Part shown: in pieces, positions 47,509-55,964 of the stretch
How the letters are laid out: every line of letters starts with the position of its first letter
Position numbering within the stretch: the first letter of the stretch is position 1
NCBI GenBank assembly: GCA_031256055.1
Contig: JAIRRI010000199.1
Location: forward strand, 5,272 to 69,271
Direction of reading: 5' to 3'
Length of the DNA stretch: 64,000 nucleotides
Source: Bacteroidales bacterium
GTDB lineage: Bacteria > Bacteroidota > Bacteroidia > Bacteroidales > P3
Program-made: the position numbers and the translations under genes
Notes under the pieces: generated by a model
Databases searched by the model: none
The model's input: the letters and a program-made list of their open reading frames with translations, nothing else
Told to the model about the DNA's origin: nothing

Positions 47509-48150
47509 CTATCGTTGGAAACAGTAACGTTTACGAGTGTGTGCGTCAGAAGGCACTGTTAATTCTCTAACAAAATAATATAGATTTTTCAGTAAATCAT
47601 CATTTGGAAATGTCATAGCCGGCAACCTATATTCTCCATATCTTTTTTTGTTTTCATCTTTCAGCACAAAGTATGTAGAAATTGGAGTGCCATATATGTT
47701 AGTTTCTTTTGCTTCAACATACGTTACAAAATCAGTGCTATACAGGTCCGTGCTAAACGCATTTTCTACCGCTTGCTTGTCGCTTTTTAAACGTTCTAAA
47801 CATTCTCGTTTTTGCTTTGAAAGAAATCTCTTTGCTTTCAGCTTCACAATTTCTTTGTTGATATTATTGTAACTGTTTCGCTTTTCTAGCTTCACTACAT
47901 TACAAAATTCGTCTATGTGCACAACATATTCCTTGTAATTGTTATTTTCTTGAATTATAACATAATATTCTCTATCTAAATGTGAATATAGTATTTTTTT
48001 ACCAGATATTGTATCAAATTTAGATAGCACAACATCTGCTTTTGCGCGACTCACCATAGCCAAAGAATCGTTTTCTATCTTCCAGTCACACTGAGCATAA
48101 CAAAAGCTCGCAAAAAAGAGAGCTATGCAAATTGTTACAATTTTTCTCAT
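47509..48150 (-). CDS. signal-peptide protein, candidate immunity protein for the upstream HExxH protein
   Basis: It has the signal peptide MRKIVTICIALFFASFCYAQ and no recognisable domain. It lies directly downstream of the toxin-like gene. The start is set at 48150, because a -7 box overlaps the track start at 48180. Confidence 0.45.
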   Translation of the reverse strand: MRKIVTICIALFFASFCYAQCDWKIENDSLAMVSRAKADVVLSKFDTISGKKILYSHLDREYYVIIQENNNYKEYVVHIDEFCNVVKLEKRNSYNNINKEIVKLKAKRFLSKQKRECLERLKSDKQAVENAFSTDLYSTDFVTYVEAKETNIYGTPISTYFVLKDENKKRYGEYRLPAMTFPNDDLLKNLYYFVRELTVPSDAHTRKRYCFQR

Positions 48151-48177
48151 TATAATTATTTTTCCCTTACTGACCGA

Positions 48178-48185
48178 CAAAGATA
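48178..48185 (-). promoter_or_regulatory. -7 box (TATCTTTG) dedicated to the immunity-like gene
   Basis: TAnnTTTG on the minus strand, 28 nt upstream of the ATG at 48150. Confidence 0.5.
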
Positions 48186-48203
48186 CGAAAATAATAATAA
48201 TAA

Positions 48204-48235
48204 AACAAGGCGACCTTGAAAAAAGTCGCCTTGTT
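48204..48235 (-). terminator. hairpin (11-bp stem AACAAGGCGAC/GTCGCCTTGTT) followed by a T/A-rich tract, between toxin-like and immunity-like genes
   Basis: Perfect stem read from the sequence. On the minus strand it is followed by TTTATTATTATTATTTT. Confidence 0.55.
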
Positions 48236-48262
48236 GTTGTAATTTCGCAGTTGACATTTTTT

Positions 48263-49390
48263 TCATTTTGTTATTGGAAGTTGGTATGGATCTCCCAAAT
48301 TACCATATCCGGCATGACCTCTCCCATCCCATCTTGGCATACCCAATATTCGTCTAATTAAATTATCAGTACGAACTGCATTTGCATTGTTTTCATCACC
48401 GAATATACCTCTTGCGGCAGGAATGCCATGACCAAAAACTTCATGTCCAAAAATTACAGCTCTTTTTTTAGGTTCTAATCCTCTCATTATAAAAAAATGC
48501 AAGTTTTCTTCTGTTAGTATACTTAGCCCATCTCCTCCTTCATTTTTTATCCAACTAGCATGTACGTTATCATCTTTAAATAATGTTTTAGCCGTCTCTT
48601 CGCCCCATTTTTTAATCTGTTCTTTTATAAATAATTTTGCACCTTCCGAAGAAATATTGCTTCCTTCTGTAACATATTCGACCTTGAATATTTTTTCTGA
48701 ATTAATGGTGTTTACCACCATGTTAATATAAGTTGCTTCATTCGGATCTTGTATTTTTGCTAATATAGGCGCTAATTCATCGTTGTTGATTTTTTTTAAA
48801 GTTTTTCCTTCTGTTACTATCAATGCACGAACATCTGAAAATTTATTGTTTGCTAATACTCTATGTATATCATCTTTCATTTTCTTTGCATCATCTGCAG
48901 ATATTCCCCAAATTCCACCATTGTTTTCCTTTAATACATTTTTGCCTTCTACATTTTTACCTTCGTAATATGCCGTAATTTTAACCACTCTATTTGTGTT
49001 ATTCGGATTTTTCTTGTCTTTTTCAAATTTGAACGCATTTTTTATAATTAAAGTATCGTCTTTTTCTTTAGTTTTTGTACGTTCGGTTTCAAAAATCTTT
49101 CCATTTATTTCCTCTATTTTGATTTTGATTTTATCGCCTCTTTGAAAGCCTTTGGTTTCTATTTTCACACTTACCCATTTATTAGAAAGTGTTTGGTTTA
49201 TTTCTTTTTTCGTGTTGCCATTATCAACCCATTTCACAGAAATAATATCTTTTTCTTTTTTACCGACATTTTTTTCTTCTTTACCAGCATTTTTGAGTGT
49301 TTCTTCCGCTTCCTCTTCTGCCTTAGTGTCAATAAAACGTTGGTACTTCCCATCGGTTAATTCTAAAGCTATTTCTTCGTATGTTTTCAT
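48263..49390 (-). CDS. HExxH zinc-metallopeptidase-like protein (toxin-like, here called P1) with the shared N-terminal leader
   Basis: 375 aa with no signal peptide. It has the N-terminal leader KTYEEIALEL...YQRFIDTKAEEEAEE, a beta-rich middle, and a C-terminal VIFGHEVFGHGIP (HExxH). Confidence 0.6.
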   Translation of the reverse strand: MKTYEEIALELTDGKYQRFIDTKAEEEAEETLKNAGKEEKNVGKKEKDIISVKWVDNGNTKKEINQTLSNKWVSVKIETKGFQRGDKIKIKIEEINGKIFETERTKTKEKDDTLIIKNAFKFEKDKKNPNNTNRVVKITAYYEGKNVEGKNVLKENNGGIWGISADDAKKMKDDIHRVLANNKFSDVRALIVTEGKTLKKINNDELAPILAKIQDPNEATYINMVVNTINSEKIFKVEYVTEGSNISSEGAKLFIKEQIKKWGEETAKTLFKDDNVHASWIKNEGGDGLSILTEENLHFFIMRGLEPKKRAVIFGHEVFGHGIPAARGIFGDENNANAVRTDNLIRRILGMPRWDGRGHAGYGNLGDPYQLPITK

Positions 49391-49424
49391 AATATTTTAT
49401 TTTTTAATTGTTAAACAAAAACAA

Positions 49425-49454
49425 AAGAGTGCCTGCCCTGCTGCAAGCACTCTT
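49425..49454 (-). terminator. GC-rich hairpin (AAGAGTGC/GCACTCTT) followed by a T-rich tract, downstream of the 1172-aa gene
   Basis: 8-bp stem. On the minus strand it is followed by TTGTTTTTGTTT. Confidence 0.55.
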
Positions 49455-49467
49455 CTTGCAGTTTAGG

Positions 49468-52400
49468 TTAGTTGTTTTTTTCGTTACCATTACCTAATTC
49501 GGCGTTGCTGCCTTTTATTGCATCGGCGTCAAGCACCGGCAACCCTTCGGCATCTATTGCCACACCGCCTCTTTGCAAGGCTATCAGGTTGGTCGGCAGC
49601 ATGGTTTCCCAAGAATCCTCTATTTCGTATTCCTGTTCTTTGAGCTCATCTACAATAGATAGATACAGCGAGTCGCCAATAACCGGCATTGCGCCTCCAT
49701 CCCATATCTGCCCTTTTGTCATATAGAGCGCTACTGCATCTTCGAAGCCCGGTCTCACCGTTACAACTACTCTTGCCATTCCCGCTTGCATGAAACTGCG
49801 GAACGTAGCATCGTCGCTGTCGAATTTGTATAGGTTTGCCCACTCATTTTTGTTTGCCCAGTAATAAGGATAGAACGAGTAACTCATCAATTCCCAATCA
49901 AATGCCTGCTCCATAAATTTTACAAAACTGCTGTAGTCATCCATTTTTTTGGTTAAATTAACTTGATGTTCGGTTAATGTCGTCCCACTGTACATTTCTA
50001 ATCCAAATTTTTTCACGGAATTTGGATTTTTGTGGTCTAGAAGATAGGAAATGCAGTTTTTTCTTAATACGGTTTGTTCTATCTGACGGTAAAACATTGG
50101 ATTGCTGTCTAATATTTGTACGCCTATCTCCTTTTTTTCAGCAAGAGATTGATTGTAGGTAGCCAACTGACGCTCGTATCCTTCCATAATTCTTTCAAAA
50201 GTTTCTCTTTTCCATTGCTCTATTTTTGTATCATCTAATTTAAGATTAATAGAAAAGGCAATACCAAAAGACATATAATTCAAAAGACTATAGCTGAAAG
50301 AAATACTATCTTTATATCCAACCAAAGAATATTTATCATTCCAATTTCTGCCAATCAGGTTAAATTCTGTAAGATCCTTCCTTATTAGGTTTTCGGTATG
50401 AGCATACAGTCCAATATCACCGAATGCTATGTTTACAGCGTGTCGTTGTCCAGAATTGTCCTGATCCCATTTGGCAGAAAATTTCAGTGAAGCATCCACC
50501 GTGATATAACCTTCGGGCAATTGAATGTCTGCTGTACCTTCATGCATCTCGTTGGCTCCTGCTTCTACTCCTGCAAAAGATTTACTCACACTTAAAGTTT
50601 CTTTTGGATATTCATTAACCGAAGCACCGTATTTTGCAGCCAACTCTTGATAGTTATTTTTAGTAATTTTGGTAAAATCAGAGTATTTATCTCTCGGGTC
50701 TATTGGTTCTTCCAACGTTACAGTATTACTATCACTATTACTGCTCACTGTCATAGCAATTTGATGCAGTTTGCCCGGCTGAGGTACCATAAATTCATAC
50801 ATCAACCGCTTGCCGTAATTGAAAATACGGTTTTTGTAAATAGCATTGATAAACCTGTATACACCTGAAACGTGTTCGCCGCTTTTTGTGTTATCAAAAA
50901 GATGTTTGTTTGTTTCCGTAAACTCTTCGGTCGTACTTACCGTTTTTTCATTTTTCACTCTTGCAAGAATACGCTCCGAAGCTCGCTGTGTAATTTCTTT
51001 AGCCTGACTAATCGCCTGTCTGTTGCTCTCCTGTTTTGAAACACTTGATGCGTAACTCGCTCCGGCGTTGATAGTTGCAGCCCCCCATTTAGCACTCACA
51101 TTAGCGTAAGCGGAAACTTGCCGGTCTTCCTGCAATAGTTTTGAAATTTCGTTTTGCATTTCAAACCTTTCGGCAGAAGAGGTATCGGTTATTTTTTCGG
51201 TTTCTATCTCTTGGCTGTTTGTTTCTACGATTTGTCTTTGATGGAATCGTTTTGTAGATTTCTCTCTGAGTTCGCGAGCCATTACATTTTCTATATGTGC
51301 CACCTCACCTGCTTCGTATCGGCATACTTTCGATACTACTTTTTGGTAATCGGCAATACCTAATCTGCGGTATCCAAATGTATTCGGTTGAAAATCTTTT
51401 TCTGTATCAAGTTTCTTTGTCCCAAAATTTTCCAACCTGCCACCAGCCGGAGTCGCGGAATTGATACTTGTTGCAAATGCTTGTACTTGTCCATTTGTAA
51501 ACGTAATTTTGCCTGACATACCTGTTGCTTGAGTAGAAGCCGGCAGGGTGTTGTTAAACAGATTGCTTAAAGTCACCACATTTCCATTAGACGATGAATT
51601 AAAATAACTGTCAGTAATGCCGCCGCCGTTTTTGCTGCCGTTATCTAAAGTATATGCAATTTTTTGTACATCGTAGCCGTTTGGCAATAGAATATTCATA
51701 CACATGCCGACATTGCCATTTATCAACTTACTGCTGCAAATTTGGAATTTGAACAGATCTTGCGCAGGAACAAAATTGCCTGCTTGAATGGCAGTGTCGC
51801 CAAAAACTACTATCTGTTCTGAAGTTTTTATTTTTTTTACAGCCTGCTGTTCTACATTTTCTAATTGACTTGTCAAAACTTGCTTTAATTTAGTACAAGA
51901 TGCAATATTTTTCAATTCCCCGACCTGAGTTGAAAGTATAGCAAGAGAATCAGCTGAAAGTTTTGTCTGCACTGTTGACATATCCGGTTCCTGTGGATAT
52001 TCAAATACAAATTCTGGCAGTTCGGGATATTCCACATCCGGCTGGTTGTAAGGTCTATCGCGGAGGTCGTGTTGAGAGCTGCCATACTTTGCGTCTAACT
52101 GGTTGTCAATCTCCCTTAACTGCTCATTATATGTCTTTTGATAGTTAGAAATCAGTTCTTTTATTTTTCCGTGATTCTCTTTTTGAAATTCCGCCAATTC
52201 TTTTTTATATGCTATTTCCCCTTCTTCGCGATGATTAGCCTCTATTTCGTTCAGTTCAGACAAAATACCTTCAATATTAGCTGTTGCAATTCTTGCTTCC
52301 TCTATCTGTTGTGCATCCACAAGTTCTTTGGGTACAATACCGTCATACTCTCCTTCCTCGTCTGCAATTGTGGCATTTTGCATTAATGCAAGTTCGTCAA

Positions 52401-52986
52401 AGAGTTCAGCCGGCAGCACTACCCTTGCCGAAAGCAGTTGTTTTGTTTCTTCTTCATCACGAAGTTCAGTAAAAACATCTTTGTTTCTCAGAATATTTTG
52501 CAAAACAAGCAACTGCATAACCGCCTCTTTTACATAAAAATCCTTTTGCGTAAGCACCTGATAATACAAATTATCCCAAAGTTCAACCTCGTCAGAAGGT
52601 TTCAGCTCTCCTAACCCGTCTAATTTTTCTACTAAATCAGTTGAATTAAGAATAGCTCTGTTTCGGGTAATCCAGTCGGCTAACTCAAGATGTTGCGGAT
52701 ACAAATCTGCTATTTCTTTTTCATTTTGAAAAGCAGGAAAGGTTTCTGCTGCAGAAACCATTGTATCCCATTTAGTAGAATTTTTTTCTTTTTCATTTAA
52801 AGGGAGAACTATTGTATCCCCTTTAAGGTTTTTCGTTCCATTCTGTGCTGCAGGATAAAAAACTCCGCCAACAGGGTCAGGATTTAAAACAAAACGTCTG
52901 TCTTGATTTTCTTTTTTTGTTAATTCAGGGCTTCGCAAACTTACTAAGCGGAATAACGTGTTTTGATTGTTTAGGTCTTGATTCAT
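49468..52986 (-). CDS. 1172-aa protein of unknown function (no signal peptide, no TM, acidic, coiled-coil-rich N-terminal third)
   Basis: It is a long uninterrupted ORF with coding-like composition. I recognise no catalytic or structural family. Notable motifs are YEAGEVAHIENVMARE and YSFYPYYWANKNEW...ARVVVTVRPGFEDA. Confidence 0.8.
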   Translation of the reverse strand: MNQDLNNQNTLFRLVSLRSPELTKKENQDRRFVLNPDPVGGVFYPAAQNGTKNLKGDTIVLPLNEKEKNSTKWDTMVSAAETFPAFQNEKEIADLYPQHLELADWITRNRAILNSTDLVEKLDGLGELKPSDEVELWDNLYYQVLTQKDFYVKEAVMQLLVLQNILRNKDVFTELRDEEETKQLLSARVVLPAELFDELALMQNATIADEEGEYDGIVPKELVDAQQIEEARIATANIEGILSELNEIEANHREEGEIAYKKELAEFQKENHGKIKELISNYQKTYNEQLREIDNQLDAKYGSSQHDLRDRPYNQPDVEYPELPEFVFEYPQEPDMSTVQTKLSADSLAILSTQVGELKNIASCTKLKQVLTSQLENVEQQAVKKIKTSEQIVVFGDTAIQAGNFVPAQDLFKFQICSSKLINGNVGMCMNILLPNGYDVQKIAYTLDNGSKNGGGITDSYFNSSSNGNVVTLSNLFNNTLPASTQATGMSGKITFTNGQVQAFATSINSATPAGGRLENFGTKKLDTEKDFQPNTFGYRRLGIADYQKVVSKVCRYEAGEVAHIENVMARELREKSTKRFHQRQIVETNSQEIETEKITDTSSAERFEMQNEISKLLQEDRQVSAYANVSAKWGAATINAGASYASSVSKQESNRQAISQAKEITQRASERILARVKNEKTVSTTEEFTETNKHLFDNTKSGEHVSGVYRFINAIYKNRIFNYGKRLMYEFMVPQPGKLHQIAMTVSSNSDSNTVTLEEPIDPRDKYSDFTKITKNNYQELAAKYGASVNEYPKETLSVSKSFAGVEAGANEMHEGTADIQLPEGYITVDASLKFSAKWDQDNSGQRHAVNIAFGDIGLYAHTENLIRKDLTEFNLIGRNWNDKYSLVGYKDSISFSYSLLNYMSFGIAFSINLKLDDTKIEQWKRETFERIMEGYERQLATYNQSLAEKKEIGVQILDSNPMFYRQIEQTVLRKNCISYLLDHKNPNSVKKFGLEMYSGTTLTEHQVNLTKKMDDYSSFVKFMEQAFDWELMSYSFYPYYWANKNEWANLYKFDSDDATFRSFMQAGMARVVVTVRPGFEDAVALYMTKGQIWDGGAMPVIGDSLYLSIVDELKEQEYEIEDSWETMLPTNLIALQRGGVAIDAEGLPVLDADAIKGSNAELGNGNEKNN

Positions 52987-53069
52987 TTTTTTAATGTTTA
53001 ATGATTTTTAATTTTTTTTTAACTGATTTTAATTTTTTTTGATTGCGCAATGTTTTTTTAGTTATGAAT

Positions 53070-53118
53070 TATGGTTGCCGAGCTTTGGTCACTGAGCTTG
53101 TCGAAGTGCCGAAGCATG
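53070..53118. repeat. GC-rich intergenic repeat (..CCGAGCTTTGGTCACTGAGCTTGTCGAAGTGCCGAAG..)
   Basis: It stands out against the AT-rich island. It is related in wording to the element at 6377-6424 and is flanked by AGTTATGAAT on both sides. Confidence 0.55.
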
Positions 53119-53120
53119 AG

Positions 53121-53615
53121 TTATGAATGTATTTTCTTTTTTAAGAATGGGAAAATAATGAGAAAAACGATACTGATTAGGATTAGCCAAAATGTTAAAC
53201 CCAAACCAAGCTTTCCGCCGACTTGTTTGTCGGTTTTGGTAATTGTTTGCTCGGTGCTGTTTTCATGGGTTTGTTTATTTTGATTGGTTTCAATGTTGGT
53301 TTGTATATTGATTTCGGTTTGCGTATTGGTTTTGGTTTGTTTTTGTGTGCTTGTTGTTGTGCGTTGTTTGAGAGGGGGTGCTTTGGTGGTTGGGTCAATC
53401 GGTTTGTCTGTATCAAAAATTTCAACAACAGTGGTAATTTCAACATCTGTTTCGGTATTTGTTGTTTGGGCGATTTGAACCGCTTGAATTGTTGTTATGG
53501 TTGTTTGCTCTATTTCCGTTTTTGTGGTTTCCTGCGCGGTTTCGCTTATGCGTTTAACTGAACCGCAACCGCACAGCAACAAACTAATGAGTAGTATGGT
53601 AAATATTTTTTTCAT
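53121..53615 (-). CDS. T/Q-rich lipoprotein with C-terminal transmembrane anchor (unimolecular-spanin-like architecture)
   Basis: 164 aa with an N-terminal lipobox (LLLCGCGS), a low-complexity T/Q/E/N middle, and the C-terminal TM LGLGLTFWLILISIVFLIIFPFL followed by KKK. Confidence 0.55.
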   Translation of the reverse strand: MKKIFTILLISLLLCGCGSVKRISETAQETTKTEIEQTTITTIQAVQIAQTTNTETDVEITTVVEIFDTDKPIDPTTKAPPLKQRTTTSTQKQTKTNTQTEINIQTNIETNQNKQTHENSTEQTITKTDKQVGGKLGLGLTFWLILISIVFLIIFPFLKKKIHS

Positions 53616-53803
53616 TTGCTATTTTTTTTGATTTTTTTGATAATAAATGTAACGCTATAGGCATGGCTTAGCCAAGGCATGGGTTATAAACCCGCGCTTG
53701 CAGAGAGGCAGTATCGGTTTCGAGACAGCCTCTATTTGCTTTTTGAATGTGAAATTCCGAGTCGGAGATGAGAGTTTTTAGGCTCTATTCTTTGTAGTCG
53801 GAA

Positions 53804-54469
53804 TTAGTTAGGAAGTCCTGTCCATTCCTGCTCTTTATTCAATAATAATTCAAACTCCAGAGGAATAGAATTTATTCTAATAAGTGAGTCAAAATAAGTA
53901 TAACCTGATACATTTTCCATCCTTACAAGGATGAAAGATTTGTCATAAAAGATTCTATGTAAAGGAGCATCTTCCGCTAACCCAATTTTATAATAAAACT
54001 CATAGGTTTCAATATAATTATTTTCACCTAACTTTATTTTTTTTTCTCCGATAAAACAATGAGTTTTTGCAGCAAAGCTGTTGTCAATAAAGTAGTCGTT
54101 TGGTTCAACAGGAGGAATCCATACTATACAAGAATCTACATACTTTGTTGATAAATATAAACTCTTTGTACCATCCGCTTTTTTCGGCACAAACATACAG
54201 TTCTTCGTTAATATGAAATAGTCAATTTCTTTTTTTGTTATTTCTTTTGCGAAATCACTATATCTATACGTTATTTGTTTTCTTCTATTGCCTTTGTCAA
54301 TAGTTTTGGTTGCCAGATAGGAAGTAGGGTTTGAACTTCCAAAAGTATAATTTTCATAATAGTGTTCTTTTGTTATAGTTCGCTCTTTACAAGCAGTAAA
54401 TAACAAAAGAAAAATAGAAATAAATAGAGACCTATTTATTACGTAGGTGTGAACGTAGTGAGTCATCAT
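53804..54469 (-). CDS. lipoprotein-signal protein, candidate immunity protein for P2
   Basis: 221 aa with the hydrophobic leader FISIFLLLFTAC. It overlaps the 3' end of P2 by 38 nt. I recognise no domain. Confidence 0.45.
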   Translation of the reverse strand: MMTHYVHTYVINRSLFISIFLLLFTACKERTITKEHYYENYTFGSSNPTSYLATKTIDKGNRRKQITYRYSDFAKEITKKEIDYFILTKNCMFVPKKADGTKSLYLSTKYVDSCIVWIPPVEPNDYFIDNSFAAKTHCFIGEKKIKLGENNYIETYEFYYKIGLAEDAPLHRIFYDKSFILVRMENVSGYTYFDSLIRINSIPLEFELLLNKEQEWTGLPN

Positions 54470-55475
54470 GGCTTTTTTTTGCTTTATCTATATTTGTGGA
54501 ATTAAAAAACTTTTTTAACTGCAAAATATAATTGTTAAATTTTTTAAGTTGTGGATGTGTTCCTTTAAAGTAACTTGTATGTTCTGCCTCTCCGCGTCCG
54601 CGTATTTGTGCCAGTTTATTATATGCGTCCTTACCCCCTTTGTTATATGCGTCTATAAATTGAGGAGCCTGATTATCCATATGAAGAAATGCTTCATGTC
54701 CAATAACTATTGCATAAGATTCTTTACCCAAACCATCCTTGTTATCATTCATAGGATCGACATTTAACAAAATATCAAATTCTAAATTATTTTTTCCTGC
54801 TCTATGGCGAAACTCCCCTTCACTTCCAGAGTTTTGGTCTTGTTCAATAATATTAAGGCTATGGTTGGAGTATTTTCCATTTTCTTTAAATTCGACACTG
54901 CCGATTTTTTGCCCTTTTGTTGCATATTGGGATAAGAATGCGTATCCTTCTTTTGTTTTAGCAAAGATTTCTAATAGTTCTGCCGTTTGATTATTTAAAT
55001 GTCCCAGATGGTATTTTCCCCATTCATTTCCGTCATGTACATAATGCCATATACGAAGATTTCCTTTAACAGAATTTGACACACATTCCAACTCAAACGG
55101 CTCAGAGTCTGCCGACACTCCATCGCATACAATAGTTACAGTGTATTTAGATTTTGGAGTTATTAGGTTTTGAGGAACAGGTACGGTTATTTGCTTCTGA
55201 CCCTTGGGGTTTATAAAGTAAGATATAAAAGGTATACGCCTCCCATTAACCAAAGCCGTAGCTCTGTCTGTTTTCAAATTTTTTGCAGTAACGTTGAACG
55301 TTACTTCGACTGTTTTAGCTTCCTTTTCAGAAGGTTTACATCCGATATATTTTATAGAAAGTCCTTTGGGGTTGTTTTTTGCTTCTTCCGCTTCTTCCTC
55401 TGCCCTTCTGTTAATAAAGCATTGGTACGTAGGGTTTAATTTTAAAGCTATTTGTTCGTATGTTTTACTTGGCAT
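54432..55475 (-). CDS. HExxH zinc-metallopeptidase-like protein (toxin-like, here called P2) with the shared N-terminal leader
   Basis: 347 aa with no signal peptide. It has the N-terminal leader KTYEQIALKL...YQCFINRRAEEEAEE, an Ig-like beta-rich middle, and VIGHEAFLHMD (HExxH). Confidence 0.6.
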   Translation of the reverse strand: MPSKTYEQIALKLNPTYQCFINRRAEEEAEEAKNNPKGLSIKYIGCKPSEKEAKTVEVTFNVTAKNLKTDRATALVNGRRIPFISYFINPKGQKQITVPVPQNLITPKSKYTVTIVCDGVSADSEPFELECVSNSVKGNLRIWHYVHDGNEWGKYHLGHLNNQTAELLEIFAKTKEGYAFLSQYATKGQKIGSVEFKENGKYSNHSLNIIEQDQNSGSEGEFRHRAGKNNLEFDILLNVDPMNDNKDGLGKESYAIVIGHEAFLHMDNQAPQFIDAYNKGGKDAYNKLAQIRGRGEAEHTSYFKGTHPQLKKFNNYILQLKKFFNSTNIDKAKKSHDDSLRSHLRNK

Positions 55476-55515
55476 GATATTTTATTTTTTTAATTGTTAA
55501 ACTGTTTTTTTATAA

Positions 55516-55647
55516 CTAATTCAACACACAAAGATAAGAATTTTTATTTGATTTAAACAATTTATTCTGCAAATTCTTTCGCGTGTTTGTTGTTGTGCGT
55601 TGTTTGAGGGGGGGCGCTCTGGAGATCGGCGCAATCATTTTTTTCAT
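55516..55647 (-). pseudogene. internally deleted vestige of the u-spanin-like lipoprotein gene
   Basis: This 43-codon ORF (MKKMIAPISRAPPLKQRTTTNT...) retains the start region and about 35 nt near-identical to 53351-53386 (APPLKQRTTT). It has lost the lipobox and the TM. Confidence 0.6.
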
Positions 55648-55964
55648 TTGCTAATTTTTTTGATTTCTGTTGTGAGTTGATCGATTTGTTTTTGTAAATT
55701 TTCTACTTTGTCAGCAAGTCTTGAATTTTCTAACCACAAGGAGCGGTTTTTTGCTTGTTCTTTAACGAGCTTGTCAATAGTTTCAGTGTTATGGTGGCTC
55801 AAATCTGTGATTGATTTTAACAACGGTGCAATAGCTTTGTTGATAAGGTCTAAATCGGTTGCTTTTTTTTCGCGCGGAGTTTTGATTTTGGAAAACAACC
55901 AGCCCAAAGCACCTGCAACAAATGTGATTGCTGTATATTTTAATATGTCAAGTGCTAATTCCAT
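55644..55964 (-). CDS. small membrane protein, N-terminal TM + coiled coil (i-spanin-like or holin-like)
   Basis: 106 aa with the TM segment YTAITFVAGALGWLF followed by a heptad-rich coiled coil. Its start abuts the endolysin stop (TAAATG). Confidence 0.5.
   Translation of the reverse strand: MELALDILKYTAITFVAGALGWLFSKIKTPREKKATDLDLINKAIAPLLKSITDLSHHNTETIDKLVKEQAKNRSLWLENSRLADKVENLQKQIDQLTTEIKKISK

Noticed and set aside
53060-53128. AGTTATGAAT direct repeats flanking the GC-rich element, read as a target-site duplication of a MITE.
   Set aside because: The same AGTTATGA(A/G)T words occur next to the related element at 6377-6424. They are therefore more likely part of the repeat unit than a duplication of the target.
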